Source: a bacterium | GTDB taxonomy: Bacteria; SAR324; XYD2-FULL-50-16 | Direction of reading: 5' to 3' | NCBI GenBank assembly: GCA_032250835.1 | Contig: JAVVEA010000004.1 | Location: 1-64,000 of the forward strand | DNA: 64,000 bases | In this document: in pieces, positions 59,037 through 64,000 of the stretch | Layout of the letters: each line of letters starts with the position of its first letter | Numbering within the stretch: position 1 is the stretch's first letter | Translations under genes and position numbers: made by a program | Notes under the pieces: generated by a model | Told to the model about the DNA's origin: nothing | Databases searched by the model: none | The model's input: the letters and a program-made list of their open reading frames with translations, nothing else

Positions 59037-60833
59037 ATGATTTCCATTTCTAAGGTAATTAAAGAGTTCCGCATCCCCAGCCTGCCTTCAGACCGGGTTC
59101 AGTTAGAGGTCTTGCTGGGTAAGGGGAGGGAATTGGCCTTGGGTGGCCATGATTCAACGGCGTTGTACCACTGGACTAGGGCCGCAGGGATTTCGAGCAG
59201 CGAAACGCTCGCTTTTGTCAAAAAGCTCTTTAGCCAATGGCGGATCGAAGGGCCCGAAGAAGCCCTACTGACCGCTGGCTTGATGCTGCTAAAATTAGAA
59301 AAGGCCGCGCCGCCGTTGACCAACTTCTTAGGCAATCTGGCGCGCCGCCAAGACAACCTGGGGCTGGCCAAAAAGCTTTATGCCGTAGGTGTCAAGGCCG
59401 CGCCGCTGCACAAACTCAGCCTCTTTAATCTAGCGGCAACGACCGCCAAACTGCCGCTCTACGATGCGGCAATCCCCCAACTCATAAAGAAGTGGCTGCC
59501 CACCGAAGAGGTGGTTTTGCCCGCATACCAGAGTGACCGGGAGGTGATACAAAAGATCACTGCAGCGCTGCATGAGGAAAAAAAGCTGGCCAAAGAAAAG
59601 CGCTTGGTCGAGTTGGCGGACCTGCAAGAAGAGGCGGAGCGCAACATGGACGCCCTCAAGATGCACGGCTACACCACCGAGGTCAAAACCCTGAGCCAGT
59701 CAGACTGTATGCCTAGTAGCGACGAGGTTTTGGCGGTGTTAGAGAAAGAGGTAGAACTGGACCAGCAGGACCCCGACCGGGTGGCCCCGTTGTTTGCCCA
59801 AAAGCGGCTCTACGACCTGGGGCTTTACGCCTTGAGCTTAGAACGCGCCGCCTTGGCGCGGACCTGCTTTGATCGGTTGGTTGCACTTGAGACCCCCTTG
59901 CCCCATATCCCCCTGCTCTTAGGCATGACCGACTACTTGGAAAAGGGGGTCGATGCCGGGTTAGAGGCACTCAATGATTGCCTGCACAAAGACCCCAAGG
60001 ACCGCTACGTCACGGCCAACATTGGTTTGATGCACCTCAGGGAGGGGCACCGTTATTCAGGTGCGCTGTACCGCCTGTTGGCGGCGAACCTGCTTGAGTG
60101 CAGCAACGGCCACTTCCATTACCCCGACTTTCTGGCCGAGGCCCAGGCGGCCTACGAAGACCCAGACCGCCAACGCTTGGCCCTAAAGCTCTACAACCAA
60201 ATTGCGTTAGAACGAGAAGACCCCACCGTCTGGGCCCGGATTGCCAAATTAAACTTCGACGCCAACCGCCTCAAAGAAGCGGCCCAAGCCTTAAAGGAGT
60301 GGCTGGTGTTGGAGCCAAACAATGCCTACGCTAAGGAAAAGCTGGTCGAGTTGAGTGAAGCCTTTTTGGCCAAAGGGCAGCAGCTAGAAACCGAAAAAAA
60401 ATACAAGGCGAGCATGAAGGTCTACCTACAAGCCGCCGAAATCGCCAAGACGCCGGAATTGCTCAAGCGGATTGAAGAAGGCTTTTACCGCTTCAAGCAG
60501 CCTTTAAAGGCCAAACAGGCCGAGATGGAACGGCATGTGATGGTGATGATGGAGCAACGCAAACGGGCGGCAAAGCAACAAGAGGAGTTGCTCAAGGTAG
60601 GCATGGCCTACCTACGCAACGGGGTCACCAAAAAAGCGGCGACCACCCTGGAAAAGGCCCTGGAGCTTAAGGCAAACCTGCCGATTTACCAGACCCTATG
60701 CCTGCTGTATAAAGACGAGGGCAACGAAAAGGACCTATATGAGTTGGAATCCCGCTGGGCCGACATGCTGGCCGAAGAAGAAGAAATGGCTAAGCGGGAA
60801 AAGGAATTCCATTGGTATTATGCGGGGCTTTAG
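59037..60833 (+). CDS. TPR-repeat protein
   Basis: GGGAGG RBS; helical repeats with TPR-like spacing and charged coiled segments. Confidence 0.7.
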   Translation: MISISKVIKEFRIPSLPSDRVQLEVLLGKGRELALGGHDSTALYHWTRAAGISSSETLAFVKKLFSQWRIEGPEEALLTAGLMLLKLEKAAPPLTNFLGNLARRQDNLGLAKKLYAVGVKAAPLHKLSLFNLAATTAKLPLYDAAIPQLIKKWLPTEEVVLPAYQSDREVIQKITAALHEEKKLAKEKRLVELADLQEEAERNMDALKMHGYTTEVKTLSQSDCMPSSDEVLAVLEKEVELDQQDPDRVAPLFAQKRLYDLGLYALSLERAALARTCFDRLVALETPLPHIPLLLGMTDYLEKGVDAGLEALNDCLHKDPKDRYVTANIGLMHLREGHRYSGALYRLLAANLLECSNGHFHYPDFLAEAQAAYEDPDRQRLALKLYNQIALEREDPTVWARIAKLNFDANRLKEAAQALKEWLVLEPNNAYAKEKLVELSEAFLAKGQQLETEKKYKASMKVYLQAAEIAKTPELLKRIEEGFYRFKQPLKAKQAEMERHVMVMMEQRKRAAKQQEELLKVGMAYLRNGVTKKAATTLEKALELKANLPIYQTLCLLYKDEGNEKDLYELESRWADMLAEEEEMAKREKEFHWYYAGL

Positions 60834-60851
60834 GCAGGGGACCGTAAGAAC

Positions 60852-60881
60852 GGGCCCTTCGCGGAGGGGCCCCGCCTCTTT
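60852..60881 (+). terminator. Probable terminator
   Basis: GGGCCCTTC-GCG-GAGGGGCCC hairpin after the TPR gene stop; weak T-run. Confidence 0.5.
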
Positions 60882-60920
60882 AGGTTGGCCCCTGTGCGTC
60901 ATCTGTGCTCCTAACCGCTG

Positions 60921-60975
60921 AGGCCGAACGATCCCTTGAAAATCAGGTGGTAAACTAGTTTGCGGTCGGCTTGAT
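60921..60975 (+). repeat. Inter-cassette site R1
   Basis: 35-mer AATCAGGTGGTAAACTAGTTTGCGGTCGGCTTGAT at 60941-60975; outer stem AGGCCGAACG/CGGTCGGCTT; inner CTTGA-AAA-TCAGG. Confidence 0.7.
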
Positions 60976-60980
60976 AAAAT

Positions 60981-61358
60981 CTAAGCGAAAATCCCGCTAT
61001 GCAGGCCGAACTTCACATCAAAGTCGGTGTATTCAACGATGGGGCGGCTTTTGTTGTCATGTTTTTCAAAAGACACGATCCCATAATGAGACAATTTCTT
61101 TAGCGTCCGGCTTAAATTGGATTGAGCCCGCCCGGTTTGCTGGGCCAACTCGACTATGGAATTGGGATGCGTCTCTAGGATCATTTGCAACAGCTTTTGG
61201 TTCTCCTCGCTTAACAGCTGGGAAAGGGCCTTGACGGAGGGGAAAAAAACCTTCGGTTCCCCCTTGGCAGGTTTGTATTCCCCTTTCGCAATCCGAATGC
61301 TGCGCGCCTGATATTCGGCCAACGGCATGATCCCAATGGTAAGGGTTTTCGCTTTCAT
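60981..61358 (-). CDS. HTH antitoxin (TumA/HVO_A0114-like)
   Basis: FPS...L..LLS.EN..LL, P.SI.ELA..TGR..SNLSRTLK.L..YG.V; ATGA-coupled to the upstream toxin. Confidence 0.8.
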   Translation of the reverse strand: MKAKTLTIGIMPLAEYQARSIRIAKGEYKPAKGEPKVFFPSVKALSQLLSEENQKLLQMILETHPNSIVELAQQTGRAQSNLSRTLKKLSHYGIVSFEKHDNKSRPIVEYTDFDVKFGLHSGIFA

Positions 61359-61690
61359 GGCTGTTTCTCCAAAAACTGGTTCACCTCGGCCCAAAAGTCT
61401 TCCAATAGCTGCCCGGCCGTTTTAAATCTGTAGGGGTACACTTTTTCTTGTTTGTGCAGATGATCCCATTCAACCCGGCGGTGTTCTTTAAAGCCATGGG
61501 CGTTGTCAAAGCCGATAACCCGGTGCTTGGTTTCGTCAAATAGGTTCAGGGCATATTTGATTCCATGGGGAACCTCCTTACGCACGGCAACCTTTTGGGC
61601 TTTAAAGCTCACAAAGTGGCTTGGCGATAAGGCAAAGGCCTCCCCGTCGAGGTCCAGCAGGTATTGCAACCCAGTTTGATCATCTTCCAT
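61355..61690 (-). CDS. TumE/DUF6516-like toxin
   Basis: VPHGIKYAL, RVIGFDNAH, WDH.H and YPY.F.....LL.DFW. Confidence 0.8.
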   Translation of the reverse strand: MEDDQTGLQYLLDLDGEAFALSPSHFVSFKAQKVAVRKEVPHGIKYALNLFDETKHRVIGFDNAHGFKEHRRVEWDHLHKQEKVYPYRFKTAGQLLEDFWAEVNQFLEKQP

Positions 61691-61699
61691 AGCGTGATT

Positions 61700-61718
61700 A
61701 TATCAGCAGGTGATATAT
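61700..61718. promoter_or_regulatory. Putative antitoxin operator
   Basis: TATATCA-GCAGG-TGATATA palindrome just upstream of the toxin start. Confidence 0.55.
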
Positions 61719-61753
61719 ATTTGGAAGCGAATTCTTGAAGCCCCTGCGAGAAA

Positions 61754-61788
61754 AATCAGGTGGTAAATTTGTATGCTGTCAGCTGATT
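61754..61788 (+). repeat. Inter-cassette site R2
   Basis: AATCAGGTGGTAAATTTGTATGCTGTCAGCTGATT; contains the antitoxin stop codon. Confidence 0.8.
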
Positions 61789-62057
61789 TCAAGCTGGTTG
61801 GTGGCGTACTTGTGCAGGATCGACTGGATCAACGTCTGGTAGGGAAGCCCCGCCTTGGCGGCTTTGAGTTGGATGGCCTCTAGGTCGGAATCGGGGATGC
61901 GGATGCTCAAAGGATGGGATTTCTTCAACGTCTGGTCGACGATCATCTTACCTTCGAGACGTTTCAGGGCTTCTGGCGAAGACTGGGTTTTCCCCTTCTT
62001 CAGGTCGTCCATCCAAGCGGCTTCCAGTTCATCCAGCGGTTTTGGGCGGTCTTTCAT
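61779..62057 (-). CDS. CopG/BrnA-like ribbon-helix-helix antitoxin
   Basis: SIRIP..DL..I..KA...GLPYQTLI.SILHKY; ATGA-coupled to the toxin. Confidence 0.85.
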   Translation of the reverse strand: MKDRPKPLDELEAAWMDDLKKGKTQSSPEALKRLEGKMIVDQTLKKSHPLSIRIPDSDLEAIQLKAAKAGLPYQTLIQSILHKYATNQLEIS

Positions 62058-62317
62058 AAATACGTCCACTTTAGCTTGCGCTCAGGCCAAGCAGTGATCA
62101 AAAAGATTTCATCCTCCGATTCCCGAAAGGGCACGCCGCAAACCTCTTCCCCTACAGCAACGGTGAATGCTTGCTGGTCCGGGTAGGCCGGGCGTATTTT
62201 AATGCCCAATACAGCCCCGGCTTGAATTAAATCCGCTATCAACTCCAGTGAATGCCCACGATCCGGGTTCTCTTGCAGGATGCTGCTCTTCTCTGGATTC
62301 CAGCGTATCTTTTTCAT
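62054..62317 (-). CDS. BrnT-like toxin
   Basis: WN.EK...L...RG.S.E, YP.Q, VPF and IFLITA.P.RK. Confidence 0.8.
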   Translation of the reverse strand: MKKIRWNPEKSSILQENPDRGHSLELIADLIQAGAVLGIKIRPAYPDQQAFTVAVGEEVCGVPFRESEDEIFLITAWPERKLKWTYL

Positions 62318-62365
62318 GAAGAAATTGTAGAACAACGTAGCTATAAGGACACCTAAAACCGCTAC

Positions 62366-62432
62366 AAATCCGGTGACCCTATGCCTATTCCCTGAAAATC
62401 AGGTAATAAATGGGTATGCTGTCACCGGGTTT
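62366..62432 (+). repeat. Inter-cassette site R3 (full hairpin form)
   Basis: 35-mer AATCAGGTAATAAATGGGTATGCTGTCACCGGGTT at 62397-62431; 24-nt arms 62366-62389 and 62409-62432; inner CCTGA-AAA-TCAGG. Confidence 0.8.
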
Positions 62433-62437
62433 AGTTG

Positions 62438-62767
62438 CTACCCAAGCAGCCGTTTCCCAAGGAGTTCCTCCATGTTTCGCCGACCGTCCAAAACAGCAAC
62501 GATGTAAACCGTCTTCGCTTGGATTTGATACAAGATGCGGTAGGGGCCTTCGTGGATTTCGAGGTGGCCCTGGTGGCCGACTGCTTCAAGTTCGGGCAAC
62601 ACATGCCCCCGTGCAGGGAGTGTAGATAGGCTATTGCAGGTTGCTTGGAGCTTTTGAAGGAGTTGGGTCGCTTTACCTATGGAGTCATTGGCTCCAACCC
62701 AACGAAAGACATCTTTTAAATCTTTAATGGCCGGTTCAGTGAATTCCACCCGGTAGCTAGGATTCAC
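62438..62767 (-). CDS. RelE/ParE family toxin
   Basis: VEFT..A..DL..., L...P.RG...PEL, YRI.Y and VYIVAVLDGRR; GTG start overlapping the antitoxin end. Confidence 0.9.
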   Translation of the reverse strand: MNPSYRVEFTEPAIKDLKDVFRWVGANDSIGKATQLLQKLQATCNSLSTLPARGHVLPELEAVGHQGHLEIHEGPYRILYQIQAKTVYIVAVLDGRRNMEELLGKRLLG

Positions 62768-63038
62768 CGAGCCCGAACTCCTCACGAATTTCAGCAAACA
62801 CCTCATCGGCAGGTCGTGTTCGCCCCTCTGCAATGGCTTTTTGGCTTTGTGCCAGCATCTTCAGCAAGGCCAAAGTTTCTTGGGTCTGCTCATAGCTGTG
62901 GATGTCTTGCAAGACGGCCTTGGCTTCGCCGTTTTGGGTGATCAGCAAGGTGCGGGGCTCCTGGCCCATATGGCGGATCAGTTCCGCCGCGTGGGCCTTG
63001 ACGTAGCTAATGGGCTTGATGTCTTCGCTGGGTTTCAT
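62757..63038 (-). CDS. Phd/YefM family antitoxin
   Basis: IKPISY.K, LITQNG.AKAVLQD..SYE and LALLK.LA; AGGAG RBS. Confidence 0.92.
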   Translation of the reverse strand: MKPSEDIKPISYVKAHAAELIRHMGQEPRTLLITQNGEAKAVLQDIHSYEQTQETLALLKMLAQSQKAIAEGRTRPADEVFAEIREEFGLGES

Positions 63039-63056
63039 ATTCGGCTCCTGATGATG

Positions 63057-63090
63057 ACTGATTTTAGACTAGATTTAGTCCGAAGGTCAA
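63057..63090 (-). promoter_or_regulatory. phd-relE promoter with overlapping operator
   Basis: Minus-strand TTGACC-N18-TAAAAT enclosing palindrome GACTA-AATC-TAGTC. Confidence 0.6.
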
Positions 63091-63154
63091 GACCACATCA
63101 GGCAGAGCAAACGGGATGGGGACGTTAAGGAGAAGGATCATGCTCATATTCCGT

Positions 63155-63215
63155 AATCAGGTGACAGCATACCAATTTACCGTCTGAGTAAAAAGTGAAA
63201 TATCTCCACCTGATT
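63155..63215 (-). repeat. Inter-cassette site R4 (inverted relative to R1-R3)
   Basis: Reverse complement of 63155-63189 is ACTCAGACGGTAAATTGGTATGCTGTCACCTGATT; outer IR AATCAGGTG (63155) and CACCTGATT (63207-63215). Confidence 0.8.
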
Positions 63216-63231
63216 GGCAGGTGCTAAGGGC

Positions 63232-63384
63232 CTAAGGAACCGCCGCCGGAGCGACCCAAATGGCCCAGGCCAGCCCGCCGATCATCACGGCCAGCGCGGT
63301 GAAGGCTAAAAAGGCGGCGATTCGGTTGATCCGGTGGGCCCAGCGGCAGTAGAGCTGGGAAAGCCAGTCTGGGGGCCAGCTCAT
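63232..63384 (-). CDS. Small single-TM protein (50 aa)
   Basis: ATG overlaps the pirin TGA (ATGA); MSWPPDWLSQLYCRWAHRINRIAAFLAFTALAVMIGGLAWAIWVAPAAVP; not in the ORF track. Confidence 0.55.
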   Translation of the reverse strand: MSWPPDWLSQLYCRWAHRINRIAAFLAFTALAVMIGGLAWAIWVAPAAVP

Positions 63385-64000
63385 GGTTCGATCCGGCCCA
63401 TCTTGCCGGACTCGTAGTCCTCGATGGCTTGCATGATTTCGCTCTTGCTGTTCATCACAAAAGGTCCGTAGCGGGCCACCGGCTCGTTCAAGGGCACCGC
63501 GCCGAGCATCAGCAATTCACAGGGTTCCTCGGCGGTCAGCGCCACCTCGTCGCCGGGGCCCATCACCAACCAATCCCCGGCCTCACCGTTCCAAAGTTCC
63601 GCCCCGAAGCGGCCCTGGCCGTGTAATATATAGAGGTATCCCGTCAACTCCGCATCCAGCGGCAAGCTCAGGTCTGCCCCGGCCTCTAACTTGACATGGG
63701 CATAAAAGATCGGGGTGGTGGTTTGTATTGGCGACTGCTGGCCCTCTAAGCTGCCGGCGATCAGCCGGGCCCAAGCATGGGGCCAAGTCAACTCGGGCAG
63801 TTGCTCTTTGGGGAATTCCTGGTAAGAAGGCTCAGACATCTTGGCGCTGGCCGGTAGGTTGACCCAGAGCTGGATGCCCTCTAAAACCCCGCCCTGCCGT
63901 TTAAATTCGGCTTCAGGCAATTCGGAATGCACCGCGCCGCTGCCCGCGTTCATCCACTGCACGTCGCCGGGGCCCAGTTTGCCGCTATGGCCTGCGCTGT
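63381..64000 (-). CDS. Pirin family protein (5' end outside the window)
   Basis: VQWMNAG.G.VHSE, QLWVNLP..K and EPVARYGPFVMN. Confidence 0.93.
   Translation of the reverse strand, partial: SAGHSGKLGPGDVQWMNAGSGAVHSELPEAEFKRQGGVLEGIQLWVNLPASAKMSEPSYQEFPKEQLPELTWPHAWARLIAGSLEGQQSPIQTTTPIFYAHVKLEAGADLSLPLDAELTGYLYILHGQGRFGAELWNGEAGDWLVMGPGDEVALTAEEPCELLMLGAVPLNEPVARYGPFVMNSKSEIMQAIEDYESGKMGRIEP

Noticed and set aside
60941-63189. TA-flanking 35-bp repeats as a CRISPR array
   Set aside because: Intervals are 600-800 bp of genes rather than 30-40 bp spacers, one copy is inverted, and no cas genes are present.
60941-63189. The same repeats as canonical attC, dif/pdif sites or simple shared operators
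   Set aside because: No RYYYAAC/GTTRRRY boundaries and no XerD arm (TTATGTTAAAT). R1 lies between convergent gene ends, and two of the TA operons show separate operator palindromes of their own.

Overview
A mostly GC-rich, gene-dense bacterial chromosome segment. Gene content suggests a deltaproteobacteria-like lineage, possibly SAR324/Lambdaproteobacteria; this is an inference only. Core genes include an htpG-lptD-lipoprotein-TPR-lspA-ubiD envelope operon, udg, an M16 peptidase, pyrB, prmA-glgX, dnaB-dciA-rsmA, dksA, lolA, guaA, trpS and a phosphohexomutase. Signalling genes include an MCP, a GAF/HD-GYP protein, a PocR kinase, a CheA-like kinase and a RelA/SpoT-like hydrolase, and there are several small lower-GC accessory patches. 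The most striking structure is at 60.9-63.2 kb. Three unrelated type II toxin-antitoxin pairs (TumE/TumA-like, BrnT/CopG-like, RelE/Phd) lie head-to-tail, each bounded by a copy of one conserved ~35-bp sequence (consensus AATCAGGTGGTAAATTGGTATGCTGTCACCTGATT). Three of the four copies sit in longer imperfect hairpins, and where wobble pairs occur they favour folding of one strand. This resembles a gene-cassette array with non-canonical recombination sites, and no recombinase is present in the window. Other points of interest are a 31-aa hydrophobic sORF in a structured 1.2-kb intergenic region, a SutA-like small protein with a structured leader, and a tRNA 3'-end remnant next to an orphan ORF. 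Several apparent pseudo-enzymes also occur: a CheA-like kinase lacking the HPt His, an RSH with a decayed synthetase, and a DA1-like protein lacking HExxH. No CRISPR array, rRNA or intact tRNA was seen.
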